From Zygnema circumcarinatum SAG 698-1b (lineage: Eukaryota; Plantae; Zygnematophyceae): a stretch of DNA of 64,000 nucleotides. Every line of letters begins with the position of its first letter. Positions within the stretch are counted from its first letter, which is position 1. The stretch spans positions 2,780,689-2,844,688 of the forward strand of contig CM074809.1 of assembly GCA_037447605.1 (NCBI GenBank). The letters are read 5' to 3'. Made by a program: the position numbers and the translations under genes. The notes under the pieces are model-generated. The model was not told the origin of the DNA. It made no database searches and saw only the letters and a program-made list of their open reading frames with translations. Positions 39,445-54,000 of the stretch are shown one piece after another.

Positions 39445-42400
39445 ATGGGAGCATGGATGCTGCGAACGCAGGTCAAAGGCCATGTTCTGATCGTGAGCTC
39501 AATCTCCACGACTCTTAAGCTTAGAGCACCTCATACTGTTGCATCACGCCTCTGAGTGCAGCAAGTGAAGGTAGGAGGAAAATATTTTTGTAGTCCATTA
39601 CTTGAAGAGACGCCACGAGAAGCTCGTAAGCTGGTAAAAGTGTCCCATTAGCTGCCAAGACATCCGTGAGATGTATCGTTTAGCAGACAAGGAAGCCAGG
39701 ACCATTATAGATGTTGGTCAGCTCTGATAAATGAGTATAACCAATTGTCTTGCTCACAGCTGCTGATAACGCTTTAAGTCTTGTACATGAGAGCGCATGC
39801 TTGGTTGACTTCAAGTGCACTCGCAGGACTATCATCAGCAGCATTGAAGCTACTGACTGATTGGTGTGTGGCATTATTGGTAACACTAATGCTGGTCGAC
39901 GCAAACCACCCCAGGGCTGCAGACGAGCATCAACTTGCACATCTGTATTGTTGCGGTGTTATGGCCCTCCAGAACGACTGGAGGTTGAAAGTGACACTCC
40001 AATACCTGAGCCTGCACCGAACGAGGTGCTTGTTCGAGTCAAGGCGGTATCTATAAATCCATTGGACATGCGGGTGAGCGGAGCCTTTTGAAACTTCACA
40101 CTTATACAACAACATCGTACCCTTTGTTTGACGAATAGCTCTGTGTTCCAGCAGCATGAGATACGAGATGGGTGTGGATGGTCTTCATGGCTTTGCAGAT
40201 GAGGGAAGGCTATGGCAAGGCCCTATTCGAAACCCTTCTCCCAATTGTCCTGGGACGAGATTGTAGTGGCGAAGTTGTCCACACTGGCAAGCTTGCGAAG
40301 GGTCGCTTTACGGAAGGACAGGAAGTCTTTGGAGCTCTTCATCCCACCGCTGTTAGGGGGACCTACAGCGAGTATGCAATTTTGGAATGGAACCAGCTCG
40401 CATCAAAGCCTGATTCTCTATCCCATGTGGTACGAAGATAGAGAGGGTTATAACAGTACTCGGCCCTCATTTTTTATATGAATCATATGGCGGCTTTTAC
40501 AACTTCATGCATTTCCAGGAACAGTTTGGCTAAAAGAATGCTCTAAAGAGAAGTGAGAGTTAAGCCAGTGTTACATATGGCCATCGAGGACGCAGTTATT
40601 TGGTCTTGCCCAAGTCCTTGAACACGTTTAAGCAACCAGCGAACTTTCTTCAAGTGGTCTTGTTGTTCAGTCACATCTTGAGAAGGGAGTGTCATGTCAG
40701 GATTTGTTCGCAGAGGTGGAAAAGCAAGGCCAGATTTCTGGAGGGGATGTTTTTGCCAAGAATTGCGTAGTAGAGGTCAGCACGAGGGAATAAGGGGCTC
40801 AAAACAGGCACCTTCAGGCGAGTTTCCTGCTATGAAAGTCATCGTAATGTTGAATTTTAATGCTGAACAGGAGGCAGCTGCCATTCCCTTTGTTGCGCTA
40901 ACAGCATGGCGAGCTCTGATGGACATCGCAAAAATCAAGAAAGGGTAGGCAGATTCTAGTACCATTTTACTGCAAAGTCAACGAGTTTCTAAGTTGTGAT
41001 GAAGTGTAGGATTTTGAATGGCTATTGTAATCGTAATAAGAACAGGAGCTGCTCCAATATTCCAATATAGCTGGCTCAACTTCAATATGGTCATTTCTCC
41101 AACCAGTATCGCATATAAGTGCACTCGTAGGATTTAACTGTGGCTGAGCTCTCTCCTGGTCGCATTCTCTTTGCCAGGCAGCGAGTGCTTGTTGTAGGAG
41201 GCGGAGGGGCAGTGGGCCTCGCAGCCATACAGCTCGCCACAGCGCAAGGCAGTTATGTTGCCACCACCTGCGGCAACAGCGACATGGAGGATGTCAACAA
41301 AGCGGGTGTTGATCAAGCAGTACACTACGCATCTCCGGTACCTTCGCTTTGCTCGTTTGAGACCTGTCTGAGAAGATGCTGCTTCGCTCAATAGCGTCTG
41401 CTGAGATTTCACGACTGCTGTACGACAATGGAGACGTCCTCCTCATGTTGCAACACTTCAAAACGTCGCTTGGCAATTCCAGATGGAAGGAATATGGACT
41501 TCTTATTAGTTGCTTCACGATTGTTTAGTCTGGTTTTTCAAAAGTCAAGCTCTGACTCGTGCAGGGGTCTGATGGTATCTTTTCGATGCTGGTCAGACAT
41601 TGCAGCAGGATTTGGAGGGGAGGTTTGATGCTGTACTGGATACCATTGGAATAGCTGAAACAGAGGCTACTGGGATTGAACTTCTCAGACGAGGCGGCAC
41701 ATACATGACTTTACAGGTACTCCTTAGAGAAAAAAAACCGCATGCAGTGTGACAGATATGTGTAAAAGCTTACACACGGGTGCATGGAGGGATTGTCAGG
41801 GGGAGTTCGTGACGTACATGGACAAGTATGGGCTGGCTGTTGGTGGAGCCATGGCAGCTGTGCGGCTTGCTGAAAAGCAGTTCCAATATAAAAAATCTCA
41901 CGGGATTAGTGAGGCATCTCCACCCTACTGGTCCGATTGTACTTTAGCTAACGAATAAGAACAAATTCGGGGAGAGGGAGGCACGTGGAGAGTTAAGATG
42001 AGGAAGGGGGAGAGGCACGTTTAAGTAGAGAATGGGAGATGGAAAGGGGAGCAAGGGGGAAGGAGGAGGTATGGGAAGGGAGGGAGGGAGAGGGGAACGG
42101 GAAGTGAGAGAGGGAGAGGGAGAGGGAGAGGGGGAAGTGGAGGGGAAGGGGGAAAGATGGGGGCAGAGGTTGGAAGGGGGAGGCGAGGAGGGAAGGGAGT
42201 GGGGGAGGGCAGGGGGAGGGGAAACCTTTCTTCCCCCGTTGCGCTCCTTGCTCACATCTATTTCAATGCTTGTGCATCTGCTGGTGCGTGCTTTTCATTG
42301 AAAGCACCTATTTTGCTTTGTGTTCCCTGTTAATGCGAAGTTTATGTCTGCTGCAGATTACTCGTGGGCCGTGATGCGTACCGACGAGGAGGGCCTCCAG

Positions 42401-42556
42401 CACATCGCCGGCCTCGCCCGTGGAGGGCGGCTGAGGATTCCTGTGGGCAAAGTTCTCCCTTTGACGAGTGCGGCAGAGGCCCACACTTTGAAGGAGCGCA
42501 GGCTGGTGAGGGGCAAAGTTGTGTTGCAAACCACGCAGGAAGGGGAGTCCATTTAG
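39445..42556 (+). CDS. RTN4IP1: Reticulon-4-interacting protein 1-like mitochondrial NADPH:quinone oxidoreductase (MDR/GroES-like, At3g15090 family)
   Basis: Secure exons: 39915-40073 (PAPNEVLVRVKAVSINPLDMR), 40199-40429 (LGRDCSGEV, VFGALHPTAVRGTY), 40871-40944 (AAAIPFVALTAWRAL), 41178-41337 (VLVVGGGGAVG), 41597-41716 (FDAVLDTIG), 41800-41908 and 42357-42556 (MRTDEEGL...RGKVVL). The start at 39445 (MGAWMLRTQ) is only a guess. Confidence 0.87.
41965..42225. repeat. Polypurine (G/A-rich) tract in the last RTN4IP1-like intron
   Basis: ~260 bp composed almost only of G and A with many GGG/GGGG runs. Confidence 0.75.
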
Positions 42557-43673
42557 AAAGGACTCGCAAAGGGAAGAACGGCAATGTACAGCTTTCTAAC
42601 AGATGCATCTCCACAATTGTTTCAGTTACGAGTTTATTCCCTTCTATGCTATATAACGCAAGGGACCCCCCACTCTTATCTGCACGTTGCACCATGTATA
42701 TTTTCATTTGTTATAAAATGTTCAAAGTGACTCTTAAGAAGATTTTTGCGGTAAGGCCTTTTAAGTCAGACAAGCGGGTTATTTGAAGAAAGTGGCTGGC
42801 AGATGTGGAGCCCCATTGTGATGAGTATCCAGGCTCTGACTATGTCAGTTTTTTTTCCTTTGCGGAAGAGGTTCCAAGAAAAGGCACATCTTCTATGGAA
42901 TGAACGGACTGGAAAAGTTGGTTTACAAATGTTTTGTGCCTGCATCCGGCAAAGTTAGGCATCTCCACTGCTTCTTGTCCTCATAATATGGAGGGTTCAA
43001 TCGAAGAAAGTTCTATACATCCGAATCCGTACATCGACCCGGTTAAAGTTCGGCTGTTCAAAATGTTTAGCCTGGCCGGTTTAAACTTATCCAGCGGTGT
43101 ACGTCGGCGGATTTTCATACGATCTACATCCGAATTAAGTACGATTGATTTCCGAGTTTCATACCGTTGACTGAAAACGTCTACACGCTGGCTATTCAGG
43201 GTTCCATAGATCCCGTTCTGCCAATTTCGTACTGGTACCTACGTTAAGCTTGCACGCTCTAATAGATACAAACCTCCTGAGAGATGGAACCTGCACGACG
43301 TCGCGTGACTGCTTCTTTACAATGCAGAATATCTCCATGGATGCTTCTGACACAACTGAGAGGCCGAACTTGACAACGAGACAAAGCTAAACTTTCTAAC
43401 CACAGCGGCTTCATAATGCTCTCTGTCAGCTATATCCTCCCACGCCTATGTACCGTACAATATGCCTCTCCCCTTCTCTATCACCCCACCTCTCCCCCCT
43501 CTCCCCACTCCCCATCTCCTCTACCTTAACATTTATTTACAAGATAATACAGCTCTGATACAGCGAGCTTTGCTACAAGTGGCTGGAAATACCGACAACA
43601 CGCCCACGAAAAGTTTCGGCTCCGTAACTGGAACACAAACTGGGCCGAAACACGAGTCTGCTATAATCAGCCT

Positions 43674-46600
43674 TTAGGCAGATGTTTTTTTCTTTGATCC
43701 AAACGCCCGGAGCACCTCCGCTGAGAAGTGATCGCGCACTTTCTCACGCTTCCGTCTCTTCATCTTCACCCACGCAGGCTCCTGGAAGCCGAGAGTAAGC
43801 ATAGAAAGGCATCAGTCTTAGCGTTAGGATCAGGCAGAAAGAACAAAACTGTAACAAGACCACGTGCTGACTGCCTTCCTCATCGACAGATGTAAAGGAG
43901 TTACAAGTTACCAGGAGATATTGGATAACACCGAGTACTAGCACTGAGGATAGACGGCTGAGGACTGTGGAAAGACGGCAATGATACATTACCCTGGTAG
44001 GTGATCACAGGCTCTCCCTTCAGTCAAAAGATAGCAAAGCCAAGAAGAGGACGAGTGTAAAACTGTAGACTCACCTCCGGAATGAACCAGGCTATACCAT
44101 GGCGGGCGAGAAGCAGCATGTGCTCGAGCAGCAGCATCATCAGCAGTCCGGGGTGGATGTACCACTTGCCCTTATCGTACATGTAAACCACAAGGACGCA
44201 GTTGCTCACAATGGCTACTACGCCAATGTACTGCCCATCAAATCCCCCACAGCAAGCACAAGGAAGCAAGTCTCAGCAAGCAGGAGATCAGAGCTTTTGC
44301 CCCAAACCAATTCAGGAGATCTGCCAATCTCCTGCAATCTGCAACGTACACTTCTACGGTCCACCTCTTACCAGCCTTTAAGCAAGCTTGGTAAAGATGA
44401 AACAGCATAGAGAAAGACTGTTGGGCATTTCCGAACAAGGTTAGGGGGGAAGGCGCACTTGGAATATGGTGAGCCAAGAGCCAATGGAGGCAACTTTGTG
44501 TGGCACAGGTCGACGTAGCGTGGTGAGCAATTTGAAGGAATCAGAATGGACCTCAATCAGATTATTCTGCAGCCAAGATAGCACAAGATGGTCCACGAGC
44601 AGTAAGTGATGGACAAGCAGCTCGTCTGCATTCACGATGCGGATCCTTCCTACTCGTGACTCAATTTGTCGGAAAAAGGGGAAACGAAGTACACACTCCC
44701 CTCCCTTCCTTCCCCACCTTCCCTTACCAGGATACCCTATGCACTAGTTTGCTGATATGAATCTGAGAAAGCCTTGAAAAGAGTCAGCGTGTGTACCAAG
44801 AGCGAGAAGACCCCCACAAGGGGAAAGCAACAGGCGAACATGGTGACCATCCCAAACTGAAGAGCGAGCTCCAAGAAATCTGAAGCCCTCCACATGGCAG
44901 ATCACAGCCATTAAATACAGTTGCCATACAGAAATCATAACCCTCTTGACTGGGATAGGTCACATGAACATTCTATTGCTAAGATAGGGATGCACCAGAT
45001 CTCGCGATTCTCTGTCCTCACATGCTATGATCTCCCTTTAACAGATACAAAGTATAGAAACAGCTGAACCTCACGTAGCTGAGCATCCAGATATCCATGA
45101 CATAATATGGACTATACAAGCAGAACATACCATCAAAAACCCCATCATAGCTCCCACCCCCCACGCTTGCCACATATGGCAGCATGAGATACTGACGTTC
45201 CACGTCAGATGGTCTCCGAGCCACCTCTGCGATATTGCCATCTTCCTTCTTCGCATCTCGTTCCGCCCTGCATCAGCCATTCACAAAAGCTTTCTTAAAG
45301 CAGAAACTGTGAGCCTTCGTGTGCAATCTTGCAGACATAAAAGCGAATCTGTAGAAAATCGCGGCAGCCGTTAACCAATAAAGAACAAAAATCGAAAGTC
45401 AACCCTCGAGGCACCCGTGCACCGTACTTTAAAGCATTATATCGATTGTAGCGATACTTCAAGTAGGGCAACAGGCTCTCAGTAATGTTGTTCAGCACCT
45501 GCAATAACCACCCTAGCCACATTCAATGCTAACTTTTTTAGGCCGATCTGCATTACAAGAATTGTTTGCTGCTATGCCGGCGTGCTGGAATTGCAACTAT
45601 ACTGTCTTGAAGAGGGAACATTGTCGTAACATAGACTGAAGAGACCAAAGACCTTAATATATTTATGCTGGAAGTTGCTTCAGTTCTGCACCTGGGAGAC
45701 AACGAGACGTCGGAAAAGAAACTGACGAAGCGAAGTGAAGTCTCTGTGAACCACCGCCGTGTAGATCAGACCGAAGAATGACTGCACAAAGTATATAGCA
45801 AATACCTGCCAACCCCATTTCCGCTTTCTCAACTGAGGGGCCATACGCAGAACCTAGTCGTATTTTGGCCTAGTCTGCAGTCAAAATCAGGACAAGCTAC
45901 CTCCACCCTCCTCAAGCCAAATGGTGGATGAGATGCCCTCGCCACTGCCTTCTTCCCCCCTTCTTCTTCCGCCACCATTTATTGCAACGAAGGACTCACT
46001 TTGGTAACAAGAGCGTCCGCAGCTGCTTCACCGCTCACATACCGTACTCGGCCATTGAGCCACATCCCAAGCTCGCCTCCCGCAGTGGTAAGCTGTCCAA
46101 CTACAGCGACGTAAATCACTGTGAGAACGTACCTGCATGGCATGGCAGAACACCATTAGGACCTTCTCTTCATCATAGAGGAGTCCCCAAAGCTGGCTAC
46201 GTGCTCCCAAGGCAAAGGGATAGGGGACACGTCAGAAACTTTACTTTTGCTCGGACCAAAATTATGAGGTCCTACATGGGCTTCACTGTGCAGAATGTAA
46301 GCTTCAATACCGCTATGCTAAGTAATGCAATGAACTGAGGGCCACTGCATGGAGGGGCTTACTGCAAGAAAGTATAGTGTGAAGTTGCATGCAGAGAGTA
46401 GTGGTAGAGGGCTTCCAGCGGCAGCTGCACCACTACCACTGCCAACAACGCTACTGCGTTGCTCCACAGACTCAGAATGCGGCCGGTCCACTCCTCCTCC
46501 TGCAGCTCCCAGGAGGATTGAATCTCTCCCACATTCGTCAGGAGGGAGTCGAAGTTTTGAATCTCTTTCACCTGCGAAGGGCTCCATGCCTTATCTTGCA

Positions 46601-49600
46601 CGTTGATCTCGTCCTCATCCCCCGTAATCTCCCACCTGGATGTGCGTTAATGATACACATGAGATTCCACCTTGACAAAATTCTGCAGATAATTGTGTTG
46701 ACATCTCCTAGGATAAAACAGACACCGTGACCTTTCTGGAGAGGAAAAGGACTTGACAGGAAAAGGACTCAGCATCATATGATTGCATGCATGAAATTTC
46801 GCGTTATCTAGCACCTTCTTACCTTCTTCTTTCTTCTACTGAGTTCTGACACGGGCTCTTCCAGAGTTAATGCCACGATAAAAGGTGCATCACGTTTCTT
46901 AGACGTATATGCATAGAGAAAATTAGTTCCTAGAGTTATCTTGCTCTATTAAGGCACCTCTCCATAAGCTCCACGTTTCTCCTTTTCCAAAACTGCAGAA
47001 AAAATACTGCCCAGAGAACAACAACAACCCCAAACGCTGGTGGAACTGCCACATGGAAGCTCCTGCACTCCACATTCGATCCCCAGAACAACAGCAACAG
47101 GAAACGAATCAGCCTACTCATGTGGGAAAGGTGATTGCTCCATCGCTTTGAGAACTTGCCACTGTTCAATGAATCGCAAGAAATGAGGAGATGAACCCCT
47201 CCGGCTTGTAGAACTCACCCCCAGTTTTTGAAATATGCAAAGAGGCCAATGCATGCAAGGAACCACAGCCATGTCGTGTACATGCCAAGAAAAGCGAAAT
47301 AGATGGCCACCTGCACTTCCCATTCCATTTAACGCACAAAGAAGGAATGCGTCACGAGATTGAGTATTCTTCTAGACGCGCCTACATCCATCATCCCTAT
47401 TCACGTCCAAACGAAAATACTTAAACTATGGGGTAGTGAGACAACAACTAACTCCAGACTAAACGGAATTTGCTGCGATATCACTGACGAAATTAGATAT
47501 GCATCGAGAAAAATCGCATCTTGAAGGAACAATGAAAGTTGTTGGCGGTTGCAGGCAAGTAAGAGCAGTCAATGACTCGCTTTTCTATAGCTTAGCTTGT
47601 ACGACTGAGAATAGAAACCCTACAACCAGTGGCTAAATGGACTTTCCCTAAATACATCCAGATCCTGAAGACCCTGACACATGAGTCAAAGCTTCAGAAC
47701 TCCCTTAGTAAAAGTTGGACCCTCACTCACTATATGCGAATGTTCACATGGTTCAGTCCACCTTCTCAGTAACTATGTCTACCGCTGGACACGATAGAGG
47801 CAAGTGCATTGTCTGGTTTCATGCATCACTTCTCATGCTTTATGATAGTGAGAACACACACCGGGAAAGCTAAAGCATCAAAATTAGCCCCACCACCCAT
47901 GCAAGTCTCACCTTGACGCCAAAGTAGGCGCAAATATCATCAAGTGGCTGACTCAAGCTGAGCCAATTGAAGCACCAATCATGAAGGAGCTTTTTGCGCA
48001 GAGGCTCCACTGCAGCACATACATGCCCCATGGAATTGATTCTTGGGGGTACCTGTTTCTTTTTCGAATAAGATTGAGATTTCTACCTTGATAAAGTGTG
48101 CATGAAACTTTTCCATCCGCACATACTTTGATATATAGCACAATTTCTTCTTACACAATTCTCTCGCCACCCAAACTGCCTTAAGGCGTATTCTTCCCTG
48201 AATTTCTCAAGCTCGTTTGCCAAGTTAAAACCTGTCCGCGTATGCAGAGCTTGCATAGTTCTCACCATGCAGTGGAAAGCACTCTTTGATGAAGCCTTTC
48301 TTCTCAAGCAGCGGCACAAGGGGCACTTCTGGTTCAATGTCCAGCTCTCCCTCCGGTTCACCGGCCAATTGCACTTTCACTGTTTTCTCACTGTCAATAG
48401 CCTGCAGCAAAGAGAACGGAACGGCTATGGACAGCTCGTCATTAATTCGGCCCATAAAACTACATGCATAAGTCCTTTAAAATTGCCAGTTTTGAGATAA
48501 AGATCGTAAGTAGCATCATACTGCGTGGTAGATGATGTTGTGCAGGCATTGGTAACGTTCCGTCCAATTGAAGAGCTGCCCATTTGGCTGCCGGACAAAC
48601 ATGTGTTGGTCTTCCCATTTGAATACGGCCGCTAAGCCTACCCTAGAAAAGCCCCTTCAGCTTAGAGTCTGTATCAAAACTTCTCCATTTCCAGAACCAT
48701 GCTCCATTACTGGCTTGCACCAACCACCAAGTAGCACTGACTCTGCCTCAGTTCCATGAGCGATGAGAGCAGTTTGATGCACCAAAAAAATCTGGTACAT
48801 TTGATAGATTCGCTGCCCGAGATGTCTACATCAGATTGCCAGAATCAAGAAAACCATGTTTTCTGAGAATCATGGGAGCAAAGCATTGAAGCATTGAAGT
48901 TAAACTCATCTCAGGAAATATTTTACTAGAATAAATGATGATAAGCAATGGTTCTCCCACTTCTACAGGTCCTGGATACCACTGGGTAGATGGGAGAATT
49001 TTTGGTTTAATGGGGCCAATCGTATTTGATCACTCCTGTAAGCGTACCAAGTATAGTGGCTTTTCGGAGCTGCAAGGATTCGGCAGCGAGTCCCACCACC
49101 TTCACGCCTGCCCCTATCTGCAATGACATGTTCATCCTTAGAAGGCTTCCACTCGCTCTGAACTTACACCATCCCCTTCGGAAAAAAGGACGAGAGGATA
49201 AATCATACCTCTATGAATTAATCTCCTTTATGAATGGTGCACAAAGCCCATCAGCCTGTGCTCTGAATACCAGCCATACGCTTCAGGTAGCAGCAAACAA
49301 CTGTTTACATTGCCCAACACACTACTCTTACAAAAAAAGTGACTTTGCTGGGAGCCAATCACGGGCTCCTTCAGTGAACCTTATGGGCTTAATCCAATAA
49401 CACAACTTGCAAACTTGGCTGCAGCTGCGTGTACCTTATGACGTCATGCACCCTTGAAATTATTGTTAACTCAAATACTCCTGTACATACTTCAAAGGTC
49501 GGTTTTTCTTTTCTTAATTTTTTTTTATCTCCACTTTAAAGAGAATTAAAGTGTGCATAATTGTTCGCACTGAATAGGCCGTTTTATTCGAGCGAAAATG

Positions 49601-50158
49601 AAAAACCGAATTGCACAACATAAAGTAACAACAATAACAAAGTAAATCATCTCAAAAGGTTTTATTTTTAGTCTGCATGCATACTGCATACCACACGCAT
49701 GCAAAAACAGTTAGAAAAGTTCAAAATCTTTAAATCCTTACTCTAAATAGCAGCTGTGGCTTCTATGAACATCCACATATACGCCTTTCACTTCAATTCA
49801 GTTGATGAGTTCAACCCTGCGTGAAACTCTACAAGAATTTGGCCACAAGCTTTACGGCAAAATACCTTCGACAAGCTTACCGACCTCCCCTCCATCTACA
49901 AGCTTCCCAAACCTCCTGTTCCAGCGCTGCTTCCGCTTCCAATCTCACCTTGAGAAACATCTCCGTATTGCTCCCCTCCACCCTCTCCACAACCAACTTG
50001 GCCGCCTTCAGGCTCCTCTCTAGCAGGTCCCCGGGATCCTCCCCTTTCCCGGCCCCTTCCAGCCGCTTCTTGCAGACAACCGCCACTTCCAAGTACAAAG
50101 GATCGTCAGGAAAATCGTCTCCAGGACCCTGCGCTCCCTCGGTGTGAGAGCCTTCCAT
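43674..50158 (-). CDS. Anoctamin-like (TMEM16/ANO10-type, At1g73020 family) membrane protein
   Basis: First exon 50158-49949 (LYLEVAVVCKK...VVERVEG..MFLK). Downstream exons read [116 protein letters not shown]..EH and EPAWVK. Stop at 43676-43674. Confidence 0.92.
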
Positions 50159-51030
50159 TGTTGCGGCGAATAGCCACAGCCCTTAACGGAAGGGCGCTCC
50201 CGACTGATTGAATCCCCCCTCGAGCAGGAAGCGAAATTGTACTGCTGCTCCGGAAGCTCATTCATTCAGCTTCCGCCCTCCGCGGGATTTGCGAGCTCTC
50301 GACATACAGTAAGACTTTTGGCAAGCTAAGAGCGCTACATCCCGCGGCGGTTCATGACTTAGACCATTTTGCTGCACACTGGCACTCACTGCAAGTTGAT
50401 TGTTGATTACTTGATGAAGTTCCTTTTTCTCAAAGCCAGGTGATGGGCATCGTCTGCCGTATTATGTTTTAGAGGTCATGCCATGTTGGAATCCCGTTTG
50501 ACATGTCAAATGTGGTCACTGTCAGATGTTCCCTGATGTGGCCCATGTATTCTCTCTGTCTTCGTTTGTGCTTTTTTTTTCTCGGTCCTCTCGTACCTCC
50601 CTCTTTTTATCAGATGCAGAAGTCATACCAATCGCTTCAGGGTCTAAATGCAACGACAATCACAGAGAAGGAACGGACGGGGAGAATCAAGATTTACAGA
50701 GCAGTCACATGCAACTTCTGCAGAGCATGGCAGGAGACGAGATGTGCTCAAATGAACTTTATTCACCTAATGATTGGATGAAACGTGTAGTGTACAACGT
50801 CGGCACATCATTTAAGAAGGTTATGAATACCAAAACCTCTAAACCTCTAAGCCTCTAAACGTTAGTAGAAGACTACAATGGAGACTACAACGAACATCGA
50901 TAATAAGAGGCTCTTGCTACCCTCAGAGAAGACCACTGCACATTATTGGTCCTATCCAGTGTGGCAATTATTTGCAGTTCCAATTGACCCCATGAAACCA
51001 TTTATTCCTCCACTTGTGCTTTGCTCGGCA

Positions 51031-54000
51031 TCAAAGCTTCAAGACAGGCGCAGATTTGGAATGATCCAATTCCTTGGCGCCACCACTGACCATCTCCCAC
51101 CCATGCCGCCGTCCATAATGGTATATTTCCAAAAGCTGCAGAAACAAAAGACAAGGAAGCGGTGCAACCACCAGAATCACATGAGCTTAGTCACACTAAT
51201 GGCTCTATGCGAATTGCACAACTGTGGAGCACCAAGGACTTAGCTTGGACAGAGGACAAAGGACAGAGAATTCACAATGGCAAACAATGAACACGGAACA
51301 GAAATGCACAAGGGACGACTTTTTTAAGATGCTCTTTCAAGGGACATGTCTTTGCCTTCTCCTGAAACTCTCCGCTTGCCACCAGCTGCTGATACTTGTC
51401 ATACAACCGCAGCGCCTGTATCCCACACCCCACACCCATAATCCATGATGTTTGGCGAGCCTATTTTTTGCAGCATGGAATAGGTTTTCAGTTAAATCAA
51501 ATCGGCCTAACTTAGGAACACATTACACCTATCATCAATAGGGAAAGTGGAATACCATGCAGAGAAGAAGAGGATTTAGGTCTCCTCAGTAAGCAAAGCC
51601 TAACGGGAGAAGTAATCAATGAAGCTGAACCAGTCAAAAAAGCATTGAAACTAAGCCAGATAACAGGAAGTTATTGAGTCGAAAGCATTGCAGCTTGAAC
51701 TTCGAGTATGTTCCACCAGGTGGCCATACCGTACGGGCGTCCTCAATACTGTCGTGAGTTTCCTTTTGAATATCAATCTGCACATCATGACCCTCCAATT
51801 CCCCCACTCTGCTCATAAGTCTCGGATGCCCAAGAGAAAGAGAGCAGGCACCTGTTGACTGAAGAACACAAGGCCATAGAAGAACCCAAACAGCAAAAGT
51901 TTTCTTCAAGCACATCTCACAACAAATTGCAAGAGTGTAGGGGAATCATGAGGGCTGCCAGACTGCTCACAGTGCGTAAAGAAAATTGAGCACACCTTGA
52001 GGAGATAGGATGCAAGGAAGCGCAACGATAGCTTGCGTTGCCGCTTAAGGTGAAAAAGCTCCACGGTGTCTATCACCTGTCCGAAACAATACCATTTCCC
52101 GCTATAGAGTGCATTGACAACATATGGAGGGAATCAGAACCTTCGATCCTATGCTGCCTTATTCATGGTCGGATAAAGCAGGCATGCACCGCATCTCACC
52201 TGCTCTTGCGGTACAACTATGTTGACTATACGAAAGTCCTTCTTCAAGCCGTGGCCAACAAAACGGCAACCCATGTCCACCTGCATGCCCGTGCTGACGG
52301 TAAGCTGTCACACCTTTGCACTACAGACTTTCATATAGAAATGCTTTAAAAAACTAGGAATAGGCGTGCAATAAAGCTTGCAACAGTCACTGACCAAGTA
52401 GCGCAACTTCAGATAAGCCTTCTTCATGCTTGTCAAATGATGTTTGGAAACACCCTCATCCTGTATCCTCCCTTCCCACCCCCCCCCAGCACATGAATTC
52501 CCGTAGCAACCAGTTCCGCGCCATCAACAGCTATAGCGATGTTACGCATTTTACAAATGTTACACATTATTTACACGTGGCAGAAAGCTTATTCCATCCA
52601 ACTCTGCCAATGAGTTATCACCAGTCAAGGTGGAGGCTTACAAGGTCTCCATGTTGCAAGCCTGAATAGCGTGTGAGGTAGTCATATACTGGCTCTACCT
52701 GCGAGGGAATTGCATTAAATGTGTCAGCATTCATGTCAGCCTCCCCGACACGTGTGCTCACTGTAGGTGCATGGTTCAGTCAACATTCCCAAGAAGAAGA
52801 AGGGATTGACGTGACACAGGAGTGCGAAAAACTTGAGCTGAGTCATTTTCCTTAATGAAATTTCATTTTTCCTAACGAGAATTTCACATGCATTTAGCTG
52901 AGGGAATCACGACAAACCGTACGGATGTAGTCATCAATGCAACAGATACCCGCATTAGGGCCCTCTCCTCGGACCTGCCATCCAATAATAACCGTTGGGC
53001 ATCATACTGTAAGCCAGAGCTTACAACCAGTACTGGTGGCAGAGACTACTTATTCATCGCCAGATGCAGTTAACATTTGAAGTAAATGAGAGGGTTTACG
53101 CACCACGCTAACCCGAGCCAAACCTAGCCGAGATGGCCGCTGCACATACTCGCTACCATCATCTCGAAAGCTCTGCAATAACAGGATGAAGGGAAGCGTT
53201 CTTCAAACAGTAAGCTTGATGTCCCCATTCTCGAAAAGAATGGAATTTGCATTGAACTACAAGAAAACGATGCCGCATCGGGCCTTAAGGTATAAAAACA
53301 AAAAACTGTCTTCTGGGGCATGTTGATCATTGACCAAAACCATCGCTTTCTGCAATAGAGGCCGCTGCCGCTGGTCTGTTATGAAGCTCAAGCCTCAGCT
53401 CAGCTGCCTGCAGTACTGACTTGACAGAAACCCGCATATTCTATGTTAACTCGTAAGCACTGGGCATGATTGAAGATAGCTCACCATTTCAGGAGCCGAA
53501 AGAGCTACAAACTCGGAATCTATGCCCAGAAGCATACCCTGCAGCCGGCTATCTGTCAATAAGCAAACTCGTTCATTCCCCTCATGAACAAAAGGTTGAT
53601 AGCACCGTGCCTCACCATAGCAAAGCATGTCATAACAATCTTCAGCTGAAGTTCCTCAGAGACGCAAAATTGTGTCCTGAAACTGGCTAGCAGGCACGTA
53701 ACTGCCTGCCTGCGATCTACTCACATCTCCTGCAACAATTCTACAACACATACAACATATACATTAAACATTGTACATTAAAGTACACTGCATGGATGGC
53801 CCTTGAAGAAGGATGCCCACATACAGGTCTGGGCGGCTCCCGCGGCAGCTCGAGAGGCCAGAAGGAGCGCGCTGCCTCTGCGCGGGTGGGCTCCGTCACA
53901 AGACGCTTGAACAGCTCGTCGGGAATGGGAGAGGGCTGCGAGTGCAACTGAACCCACCACACTCTTCATCATCAAACAAGAAAGCTTTCTGTAGTAGGGA

